Assembly (NCBI GenBank): GCA_012295275.1
Contig: CM022671.1
Location: 23,932,001 to 23,996,000, forward strand
Origin: Chrysomallon squamiferum
Taxonomy: Eukaryota > Animalia > Mollusca
Direction: 5' to 3'
Length of the DNA: 64,000 nucleotides
The position numbers and the translations under genes are program-made. Shown here piece after piece: positions 45,798 through 56,795 of the stretch (within the stretch, counting starts at the first letter, position 1; every line of letters begins with the position of its first letter). Below the pieces are notes generated by a model. It did not search any database. It was not told the origin of the DNA and saw nothing but the letters and a program-made list of their open reading frames with translations.

Positions 45798-45815
45798 CAA
45801 CACAACTGCTGCCAT
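8075..45815 (-). CDS. Giant (about 5,000 aa) multidomain predicted type-I membrane protein, about 46 exons, uncharacterised family
   Basis: ATG at 45815 (MAAVVLMLLLLLLLLLLLPASTA, signal peptide). GT-AG exon chain includes 45657-45815, 44696-44789, 43093-43213, 42620-42671, 42231-42331, 40977-41068, 37975-38261, 36152-36393, 32730-33063, 30085-30265, 29175-29741, 26287-26984, 25787-25957, 25078-25148, 24077-24234, 21777-22964, 20429-20962, 18343-19030, 16732-18170, 13060-16321, 9086-10033 and 8075-8309 (some ends approximate). Two apparent 1-nt frameshifts occur (about 25908 and about 13684), and one phase mismatch between exons 2 and 3 is unresolved. Confidence 0.85.
9128..9203 (-). other. 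Single transmembrane helix of the giant protein
   Basis: LSAVIITVIAVCCIIILAIIAAFSF is followed by the basic stretch RYYINSKNKIR (positive-inside). Confidence 0.9.
9570..9900 (-). other. Big_9/cadherin-like Ig domain, membrane-proximal
   Basis: EEDNVL...DAEGDNLTFTIKSEPSHGKANISQDGVLYYMPEPDFTGVDKLEL...ITIRVENINDAP fits the D-x-E-G-D-x-L...P-x-H-G...D-G...Y-x-P...F-x-G-x-D...N-D-A-P pattern. Confidence 0.75.
12222..12436. repeat. 47-bp minisatellite (about 4.5 copies) overlapping an exon 3' end and splice donor
   Basis: Unit gctgtgtgtgtattttactgtagagaacttacttttgatacatgatg. Each full copy contains a minus-strand A|GTAAGT donor. Confidence 0.9.
12396..21910 (-). other. Array of fibronectin-III-like beta-sandwich repeats of the giant protein
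   Basis: A recurrent unit D(T/S)(T/S)PP...G.V.DG...D.D(F/Y)Q...W.GF.DPESG(I/L)..Y.(W/V)AVGT...Y(Y/F)V.V.A.N.AGL...S.G(V/I) occurs more than 15 times in ORFs 20415-20777, 19686-20054, 18301-19047, 16728-18194, 13654-16335 and 13020-13667. Confidence 0.8.
22035..22230 (-). other. PAN/apple-like domain of the giant protein
   Basis: LCAQDCIAYGKKCVSFDYEFHSQTCDLHD...YNYYER fits the PAN pattern C-x3-C...C-x-S-F-x-Y...C-x-L...Y-Y-E-R. Confidence 0.75.
24399..24510. mobile_element. Possible tiny piggyBac-like MITE
   Basis: TTAA|CCCTTTT...AAAAGGGG|TTAA, about 112 bp. The TIRs are short, so chance is not excluded. Confidence 0.4.
26287..26984 (-). other. Thr-rich mucin-like and Lys/Arg/His-rich linker exon of the giant protein
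   Basis: ORF 26278..27087 translates TTTTLHTTTTTTPTRTT..., then a duplicated KTPSVxFKTSTPKPAxHTT block and a highly basic stretch. Confidence 0.85.
29445..30205 (-). other. LECT2-like / peptidase M23-fold domain of the giant protein
   Basis: RRGCDDQCGCGHY...TPGIDL...VPCPVNSMV...VEAGQDIG...EHIHVSV...VDPSPFL parallels LECT2 IRTCDRHGCGQY...HQGVDI...APFTGMI...IKKGEKLG...SHVHIE...DPTAYL. Confidence 0.8.
40627..40936. mobile_element. TA-flanked Tc1/mariner(Tigger)-type MITE in an intron
   Basis: Left end TA|CAGATACTGGACCAATTAT versus the reverse complement of the right end, TA|TAGGTACCAGACCAATTAT. Internal ccagaaaa motifs are repeated. Confidence 0.65.
44254..44500. mobile_element. MITE with perfect 13-bp terminal inverted repeats (hAT-like)
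   Basis: CATGGCCGTAACT ... AGTTACGGCCATG, 247 bp. No clear target-site duplication. Confidence 0.65.
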
Positions 45816-46134
45816 TGCAAGGAAAGCCGTGGTCGTGTGCGACGAAGACAAAGTACAAGTCAGTATCGCCGCGGCAGCATTACTTCTGTCCTGCTCTGTT
45901 TTTGGTGTGTGGCTACACGCAGGATTTTTGCTTATCTAGCAGGAAGAAAAACAAATCCAGTTTTGAAGATAAATAAGACAAATAGAGCTTTTATAAAAAA
46001 AAAATAAAAAAACCAAAAATGTACTTCAGTCAAAGCAAATATTAGCGTGTTTGTTTCGTCAAAGACTCTAGATAAAGGGTAAAGTGGATACATTAAAAAA
46101 AAAAAAAAAAAAAAATTTTTATTTTGTTCTTTTT

Positions 46135-46170
<36 letters not shown>

Positions 46171-46874
46171 TCAGTTTATTGTTATTTTTGTTTGTTTATT
46201 TCTTTTTACTTTTGTTTTGTTTACTTATCCAATTTGAATACTGTATTAATATTTTTTGTTAATGCATACGTATTTCGTTTCAATTGAATATGCATGTTTC
46301 AACTTGTTTAAACATGTATATATCTGTGTACGTATGTATACGGGTGCGTACATACATAAGCAGGTATGTTTATGTTCATAAAGTGCACGCGTGTGTATAT
46401 AACTAAAGAAATAAACAAATAAAAATACACAAATAAATAAATACCCATACACCAAGAATATAAATAAACAAATTAATTAAATAAAAAGATATAGCGACAT
46501 TAATTATTAATGTTTCTTTTTCCGCGGAGTATAGAATAAAACCCCAAAACAAAAACCTTTCAACCAGTAGCACTCAACTGATAAGTGGAATGATCAAATG
46601 TATTGATATGTCACTTGGAAAAAACCCTGACCGTGTGTTAAAATGGCGTTTTTGTCAAACAAATCTATCAGTTCTTTGTGGGGGTTTATTCAAACAGAAC
46701 CTTCTTGAATCGGGTAAGTGACGTCCGTTTTGATAAGATACATATGCACTCTACGATACTCCGCCCCTTGCCAAATGACTGACAGCTTGAAAAAACCCCA
46801 CAAAAAAAACAACATAGCTACACGGAACCAACGACCAAGGAAGGTAATAGCTATTGTACTGAAAACTTAGCAAC
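45816..46874. promoter_or_regulatory. Putative bidirectional promoter/5' UTR interval between divergent genes
   Basis: Only 1,059 bp separate the two ATGs. There is a TGACGT (CRE-like) near 46719 and a CCGCCC GC box near 46761. A minus-strand acceptor near 45936 suggests an upstream UTR exon of the giant gene inside this interval. Confidence 0.55.
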
Positions 46875-49079
46875 ATGGCGAACGTAACAAAATACTGTAA
46901 CGTTTTAGTAACTGTTTTGTTACTTTGTTATCTGGGAAGTTGTAAAAAGAAATCAGATTATTCAAAGAAAAGTTCAGAAGAAGTTAACGCAGACAATTCG
47001 TTCCAGCATAATGTGGATTTTCAGCTGGATGAGACTGGAGAGAGATTCAAACTTACAAGTTCTGGCAAGCTAAGTGACGTCATCGATCTTGACACCATTG
47101 CCGGAATCAAGGTATGTAAAACATATCGAAATCAAAAAAAAAAATATATATGAACCTATGTAATACAGCATACATATACAAACTGAGGAAGGTAATACAA
47201 CAATGAAGTTTCCTTCACGCTCACAGACGCACGTAAACACACAGATATAACAGAAATGTAAAAACTAAGCTATATGTTATAATAAAACGTTTATATAACA
47301 ATACAGATACTATAATTATTGTAAAAGCGTTATGTATTTACATGTATATATAAATATGTATGTGTGTGTATATGTGCGTGTGTGTATATGTTGTGTGTGT
47401 GAGTGTGTATGATTGTGTGCGTGTATGTGTGTATATATATATATATACGCACATACAAACACATGGACACATACTTTTTAAATTCTAGCGACTTCTGTGC
47501 GTAGAAGGTAAAATTCTACTGGTGCTGGACAGCGATGATGTGGTGTCGTCATGGAAACCAGGGAGGCTTCTCTTGGGCAGTGCTAAATGGGGCTGTAACA
47601 GAACAGGAAGCACAGGGGGAATTTACGCCAAAATTACAAAAATGTTTTTTCCTACAAAAAAGAGGGTTTCTATTCATACTACAGAGGCAGGGTTGGTACA
47701 ATTTTTTTTCTTATTCTTATTATTGTTGGTCGCACACTTTTACTCCCAAATTATATTGTTTTGTTAATGTTGATGATGATGATGATGATTTGATTATAAT
47801 GATAAATAAAATGTACTTATCTGGGTGAGCTGTTGTTAATTCATTTCTCTTCGACCAATTTGCGAACAGTCGCACCTTGTTTTACGTCCTGACACACGGC
47901 ATTCTTGAGCGAAGCAAGGATACTCTGTTTAAGACGCAACGCTATTTACAACTGTAAATTTAAATAACACTACGACTACTACTACTACTACTACTACAAC
48001 TACTACTACTACTACTACTGCTACTACTGCTACTACTGCTACTACTACCACCACTACCACCACTACTACTACTACTACTAATAATAATAATAATGCAAAA
48101 CTTTCGATATTTGAGTTCAATATCCAGCAGTGGATTATAGAAAAATAAACTACTATGCTTGTGTCATGTCGTTTTAAACAAAAGTAAATTTGAAAGGATT
48201 TTCAGGACGTAAAACATATTTCATGCCATATGTGTGTATATATATATATATATATATTTTTTTCTCTCTTTATATTAGTCCCTTTGACATGATAGAAGAG
48301 GCAGACATTCATTTCCATTACACACCAGGGAATGACGAAGACAATTCCGATCAAGCCAGAACGAGGCGACGTCGGTACCTTTCAAACATTCTAACCCAGA
48401 TTCTCGGTAACATCGACTGGAAGGCAAACTTCAGCACAGTGATTCCTTTCAACCAAGCAAATCAGTCCAGTGAAGCTGAACGCTATTTCTCTCTTCATAA
48501 GAAACTCGGAGACAGAGAACTTTCCTATTCAGAATATCCAACGCAGGAAGAAATGGCGAACGCGACTCACGATTTCTCGATGAAGTGTCATAACTGTCAT
48601 GGAAGATCGAGGGTTTCGTATACGTTGTATGTATTACCTATCAACTGATTTGCGGTATTTTACCATTATAAAGTCTTATTTCAGAGTATTAGAGATAGTT
48701 GGTATGTTAAACTACGTGTTATATATTGTATATCTGAGTAATATAATTAAAAATCATAATAAAGACATACAAAAAATAGTTTTACAAAAGCCCCAACTAA
48801 CCAAATGAACGAACGAATAAACGAATGAATAAATGAGTGAATAAATAAATAGTTACTACTACTAGAACTATATGTATTACCAGTACAATTACTTCTCTGA
48901 TTAATATACGTTGCTTAAACTGAACTACAACTGTGCCTTTTTATGAAGTACCATAAAGTGTAAGGTTCTTTTTAAAATATTCCTTTTATTTTGAACGTTC
49001 TATCACAGTGAACTTCTGATAAAGAAAGTGAACCGAGAACCGAAGTTACTCAAATATATTTCCCAGGTATAGAAACTAT

Positions 49080-49158
<79 letters not shown>

Positions 49159-50555
49159 TATTATATATATATATATAAATAATAGTCTTTATGTACTTTC
49201 ATAAATAGTAATTCTTAATGCAGGCATAGGAAAACTAAAAATAACTATTATTTACTTTATATCATTAAATATAATGCCATTTGTATTAAATATTAATCCT
49301 CCAAAGGTCATTAACCTTCTATTCTATTTGTTTACTTACTTATTGCTTACCATTCGTTAGTAACATATTTATTTACGTAACAGCTGCAGTCAGAATCGTA
49401 TTTTGTTGGGGATGTAGAAACAACATTTAGCAAGGAAATGGGATTAACGTACAACAAAGAATTGTGGGTAACGAAACCGCACGAACTCATTCGAGTTCCA
49501 GTAGCTGTGGTGAGATCGTTGCCGCCAGTGGAATTAACCCTTTCGTACTCAACGCAGACGACTGCTTACGTCAAAGGATACGTAGGCGGGAAATCTAAGA
49601 TTCGTACAAGTTACAAGACGGATGGAAACTATGTAATTTGTATGTATATGTTTGTATTAAAAGTAATATGTAACTATTTTTTTTAGTTTGTTTGAAGTTA
49701 GGTAAAGGACATATATTATATTATCTTCTCTATATGTATGTCAAATCTATCTATCTATCTGTGGGTCTATGTTTGTCTATTTGCCTATCTCTCTATCTCT
49801 ATCTGTCTGTCTGTCTATCTATATATCTATCTATCTGTATATCTGTCTATTTGTCTATATGTATGTATCTATTTACCCGTATCTGTCTATCTGGTTATCT
49901 ATCGGACTAACTATCTATTTGTGTAGCTGTCTGGCTATCTTTCTGTCTATCGATCTAAAGGTCTATCTGCGTATCTATCTATCTGTCTGTCTATCTGTAT
50001 ATAGATATAAATCTATAGGTTAGATATTGTCTTTATTAATGACCATCAGTACTTTCATTACTTCAAACTGAATTTATCAATGTCATATAAACGCTTCACT
50101 AACAATTCATAGACCATTTTAATGTCTTTAATTGCGATAAGCGTTTTCGTCTTTTCACTTCATTTTCTTCAACTATCCTTCATACAGTTAAAAATTAATG
50201 ATAAAAACAAATCATATTCAAAACCAATTACAGCACAGCAATTTGCAAATGGATCGAATGCTGCTGGCGACATCTCGGCTTACAACTGGAGTGCCAGTGA
50301 TGGGGGACACACTAATATCAAAACGAAATACAACGTGAATCTCACTTTTGACGTCCAGCAAAAGGTACATTACAGAAGAGATGAAAAGTAGCTTTTATTA
50401 CTTTATTAGAAAAAGAAAAAGAAAAGCAGGTCTGTGTGTGTTTATTTTAGTGTCCGTTTCTTTTGTATGTATATCACTTCACAGTTACTTTGATCAGTCC
50501 GTCTGTATGTTCATCCTTTAATCCATCTATTTAGATTAATTGTTGCATGTCTGTA

Positions 50556-50640
<85 letters not shown>

Positions 50641-50766
50641 GACTGTCTGTCTGTCTATCTATCTATCTATCTTACTCTACCTTTCTGTCTGTCTGTATTT
50701 CTGTTTGTCTTTCTGCCTGATTATACATGTATTTATTTGTCTGTCTCTTGTTTGTTTCAATTTCGT

Positions 50767-50847
<81 letters not shown>

Positions 50848-52315
50848 GTGCGTGTGTGTCTGTCTTGAGACTTTAATTTATATGTATACTAGTATAGACA
50901 GTGGTGACGCTTTATTTATTGACTTAATGTTTTTCGACAAGGAAGTAATTTCGTTCAAGACTCGTGTTTGTCGCGATAAGAATATGATATTTTATACACA
51001 GAAATAATAAATATAGAACGTGCAACTTGAAACTGTCTATTGTACATGGTTTTGAACGGTACACTGAAGATCTATAGCCATATTTCTTTGGTTTATGTCT
51101 TGAAGTCGACAACGTAGATAAAAGAATCAATACACAGATAACTTTATGCACGAACTGGTACTAAAATTATACAGGGTGTGCACAGATTACTCAAACCAAA
51201 ATGTTGTGTATAAAAATAACAATAATAAAATAATAATAATAACAACAGCAATAAAGTTCAACTACAACGACAACAACAGCATCTATAATATCATTTATGA
51301 TAACAACAACAACAACAACAACAACAATAGTAATAATAGTAAAAGAATACAACAAAAATGAAACTAATAACACTAAGCGAATATATATTTGTTAATATTA
51401 ACAATTTTATTATTCTTATATTGTGCCAAATAAAACTCTGTAATAAAAGGAAATAAAAGTGAAAAAGAAATAATGAAAAAGAAAGAATAAATGACTTATT
51501 TAATAATATATATATATATATAATGTTTTGAAGGGCATATATAGCATATGAGCAATTAAAATATAATAATTCAATTTAATTTTTTCCCTTGACATGCACT
51601 CATTGTAAGTAAACAAATAGTAGAAATATTGGGTTTTTTAAATGTGTATCCCTTGGTATCCTTTGATTAATTTACAAATGCTTTATTTTCTAAGGTTTTG
51701 TTCAATGCTTCTATATCCTGGCACGAGAAAGATATTTCCATTAATATGACTCCACCAATGGAAATCAGGTAAATATGATCATAGTTTGTTTTCATTATTT
51801 ATTTTAATTTAAAGGGTTTTTTTATTAAAATTATTTTATATTCAAAATAATCGTTATTTTATTCTTGTGGTCGTATTATTAAAACTTCAGTGTAATCTGT
51901 ATTATTAAGAAAACGCAAGTTCTATTGAAATATTTGATAATTACATACATAAGAATGAAAGATTTGTACTGTTTCTGTCTTTAGTCTGAAACCAACAGTT
52001 CAGGTATTGTCGAAGGTCAAAGGTCACAGTCAGTGCGTAGAGAGTAAGGTTAACGTCACAGGTCGTTTTCGTGTGTCTAAAGCAGAACTGGAGGTCGAAG
52101 CTTTCGGACTGACAATATGGTACTATCTGAATCACACACACACACATGCTGTTATTATTATTATTATTATTATTTTATTATTGTATTGTTATTATTTTGT
52201 TGTTCTTATCATCATCATCATCATCATCATACATACATACATACTCACATAAATACATATACATTATACATACATACATACATGCACACACACATACATA
52301 CACATACATACATAT

Positions 52316-52378
<63 letters not shown>

Positions 52379-53068
52379 TACATGAACACAAACATATATA
52401 ATATACACGAATATCAACATCATTATAACTCTCGTGCTGAAGCTCTCAGTGTTTGTTTCGACATTTTCCCGTCTTCCTCTATCATCTATCAAATGATGAC
52501 ACATCATCCCTCTATCATCTCGCTGGTCTGTCTCTAGTTCGTTTCTCTTCGATTGATTTCCAGGAACGTTTACACATAAACACGTATACATAATTATAAA
52601 CATGTATTTATGTATATTATTATTTGTAACCGTTGTCAGGGACGTTGTTTTGCATCCCGAGATAACAAAAACGTTCACCATGGCGGCTACGTCGTTTCAC
52701 GAGACGTGTGCAGCACACTGTCATGGTGGGGCAGAACGTGGTCCTCCGAAAACTGCCGTCGACGTCTGTGGTACAACATCAGGCAGAATCACCAGACAGG
52801 ATCCAAGATTTAAAGAGTAATTTATTACTGCTCCTACTACTACCACTACTACCACTACAATTACTACTACTACTGCTATTGCTTCTACTGCTGCTGCTGC
52901 TACTACTACTATTACCTCTATATCTATTGTACTGTTACACTTCAACACCTACTACTATTACAATATTTTATTATTACCATTATTATTATTATTATTATTA
53001 TTGTTATTGTTAATTAAATTTCAACAAAAAAAAATATACATATTCAGTTGTTACTAAAGATCTCATTC

Positions 53069-53109
<41 letters not shown>

Positions 53110-54453
53110 GTTATTGTTAATTAAATTTCAACAAAAAAAAATATACATATTCAGTTGTTACTAAAGATCTCATTCTTTTTATTATTATAAATCCTAAGAC
53201 CTATTCTTTGAATTAATTTCAATGCTGTACTGGCAACAAATTAATAGAGAGAATATCTTAATTTGAAAACCAACAGATTACGAGGTCTTCATGGCAACTT
53301 GCTGCAGTTTTCTGATCAAAATTCCATATGGTGTGGAGAAAGTGGGCAGCCGTGTTTCAAATGTTCCGACGACAACAATGAAACCAGCAAACTCTGCAGT
53401 AATCGTATAGTGTCAGCTAGAATGGCAACTTCACTGTCAAAATTAGGAAAACTGGTACAAGCAGAGTGGCAAGGAAGTGAGTGCTGGATATTCAGAAATA
53501 TTTTTGACTTTTTGTTATAAGACAAAATGTACAGTCTTGTGTGATGGCTTTAGAGTATAGATTTGTATCTTGGACGATAACTTGATCCAGACAGGTGGGC
53601 GGATGGATCGATGGACGGATGGAAACATCTTAAAATTAATTTTGATTCGTTTTACAACACATATAATAAGGCTAGGAGCAAGAAGTATTTAATGATGTGT
53701 AATGATGATCATAAATCTGCAGTCTTTAAAATCTTTAAGGATCTTAACATTTTTTACATAAATGAACTGATATGTAGAATAATCTTTATAATATTAACCG
53801 ATACCGTTTTCATAACTATATTAACATTAATATTACTGCTATTTCATACTGAACGTAACAACGTCAAAAAGCAGAGAGAAGTGTTTAACGAATCTACGTA
53901 ACTAAACTATTTCAGAACATTTACAAGTTCTGGAGGCTTGGGACGAACCCTCTTCAGAAAACCCATCCGGTAAACACAATTCGTCTTCCTTGCACTACGA
54001 AGGTCGCGCTGCAGTAGTTGCTGTTGGTACTGTGGGTGATGATGTGGTTGGAAGGCTGGGCGAACTAGCAGTGTGTGCTGGATTTGATTATGTTAAAATA
54101 GACGAGTCAAAGCGCCAGGTACAGGTTGCGGTTAAGAAGAACGGAGAACCCACAGCCGATGAAGTAACTGATGACGTGTCTAAAGAGATGTTTGATGAAG
54201 CGATGAACTCCACTGGTGAATAGAGGAATTTGAATTTCATAGGCTGTGTTATAAACAACTACTTACTGTTTTAAATCTTGTTTTACTCAGTATTTTATCT
54301 TTTGTTATATAATATATTATTATATTACCAATAATTGCTGCAAAAATGTTTATATTTTAATATTTCCGTATTTTGGTACCTATTTTATCATTCATGGATA
54401 AAAAGAAATGATTTAAAATAGAATAATTTCTAGATTAAATGCACATAATATTC

Positions 54454-54492
<39 letters not shown>

Positions 54493-54969
54493 TGATATAA
54501 TTTTAATGTTTTTCTAAACGCAGGTTATTAAAGTAGTTTCATGTTTCAGATATCGATAGTGAGACTACGGAATGTTTGAAAGTGGCTCCATCTCTGAAAA
54601 TTGGTGACACGTATCCAGAAGGACAGGGCAGTGAGACGGAGATGTGTGGTCCACTGCAGAGAGAGCTGTACAGACAGAACAAGCAAGACATGAAAAGGTA
54701 CATCAGTGTGTAGCGATTCAAACACGACTGTTATTATTATTATTATTATTTTATTATTCTATTGCTATTAGATTGTTGTTGTCGCTATTATTATTTTTTT
54801 CATTGTTATTGTTATTATTATTATTGTTGTTGTTGTTGCTGCTACTGTTGTTACTATTTCCGTTTTTATTAATGCTGTGATTGTTACCATCTGTTATTAT
54901 GACTGTTATTTTATATATTTTTTTTTGTAATACTAATACTAATAATAATTATTATTATTGTTGTTGTTA

Positions 54970-55007
<38 letters not shown>

Positions 55008-56733
55008 TTGTTGCTCTTGTTGTCGTCTGAACACTAAGTACAATTAGAACTCATTCTGAAACTGTTTTAATTACTTTGTTTGAAATAACCTTAAAATATT
55101 ATTAATAATAATATACAGACCGAAAATGTTAATTTGAAACAGGCTGTATTATTACGCTTTCGATGATGTGGAGTTTGTAGAAGACAAGGGAAGTTGGTGT
55201 GGCGTAGAAACGCGCTTGTGTGCGCCATGTGACCTGACGAACAGCACAGAACCATGGGATTGGTGCAGTACAAGAATGATGTCTCCACGACTAGCCATTG
55301 GTTTAAGGACAATGGCGCAAACTGCCCGAACTGATGGAATAGGTCAACGTTTATGTTAATTTTATGTAGACAGTCTGTCAGCATAAATTAAAAGACATAA
55401 TAATCTTTATTGCATTAAATAATTCTAAGTTAAAATAAATGTATCCGAAAGTACGTCTTATATTTAATATCCTTCATATCATATGTTTCAGATTTCTTTA
55501 ATGATTATTTAAGTTATTTGGAATTTTTTTTTTTTATATTACAGAAATAAAAGTATTAGGCAGTTACCTAGAAGACAAGGGAGAAACAAATGAAACACAG
55601 ACAAGATCTGAACTATACCGCGAAGGAAGGTAATATATATTTATTCAATCGACTGCTGGTACTTTTTCGCAGTTTTTACTATTTTAATCTTATACTAATC
55701 AGTGTGAAGGCTTTTTCAAAAATAAAAATAAAATGGAAAGCAATATTAATAGTAATACAATTTTTATACATTCTTAAATTAATTTTGGAAACATTTCTTC
55801 TACAATACGAATATGAAAAATGAATTATATCTACATCAGCTTGTTATTAGGGTTCTTACATACATTTATGACTATCCCTTTAGGGGCATCATGCTGACAA
55901 CTAAATCTGGCAAAGACGTTGACAAACTAGCTCGACATGCCATTTGCGCTGGAATTGAATACGTCAGATATGCAACAGCAACATACATAGAATGCTTCGT
56001 CTTGCCCCAGAGTGACTTCCAGGCCAAACTAGTCAGTTTTATAGACGGTCCCAGTCATCTTGAAGTTAAGCCACCGACCACAACCGAAAACGAACACGAA
56101 TACCCGAAGCATTTAGAAGATGAAGACGTCAAGCCATTGTTAGTGGACGGCCATTACGACCAGCATCCGGTTTCTGAACATTATACAATGGCCGATATAA
56201 GAGACCCTATCGGACGATATCTACGGTTTGATCATTCTCTGTTAGAGTGTCTTGAACTCGTGTCCGATGACTTAGGAACCGTTTTGGAGATTGTTCCTGG
56301 TTCCGCATACCGAACGAGGTCCACAAATCGAAACAACCTGGACACGCGACATCGCGAGGAGAAGTGGAGATTCGAAGCTGGACAAGCCGTTGAAGTGAGA
56401 TCACGGAAAGCGAGTTCTGGTCGAGATCTTGTTGAAGTGGCGAGGAGCGTTCTGAAAAGCTGCACGACGTTTCTGAGACTTGACCTGCGAGGAATTGGAA
56501 TCGGGTGTCATTCCGACAGACTGTACCTCGACGTGAGGCCGCTGGAAGATGGGTTAGAGACGGAGTTTATAACGGTCTGGAATGCAGACAATACGACTTA
56601 TTGCAACGAAATTAAAGAAATGAGGGATGCACTACAAAAAGGTAACATTTACTGTAGAATTAAAATCAAATTATTTCTACTACTAGACGACAAAACAATG
56701 AAAAAAAGAAAATGTGATAATTGATTTATCTTA

Positions 56734-56795
<62 letters not shown>

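Noticed and set aside
8075-45815. Calling the giant gene a pseudogene, vitellogenin, or bacterial contamination
   Set aside because: Long exons are otherwise open and splice sites are intact, and the indels fall in short homopolymers as in the unrelated SULT gene. The TM/FN3 architecture is not vitellogenin. About 45 spliceosomal introns exclude bacterial origin of the DNA.
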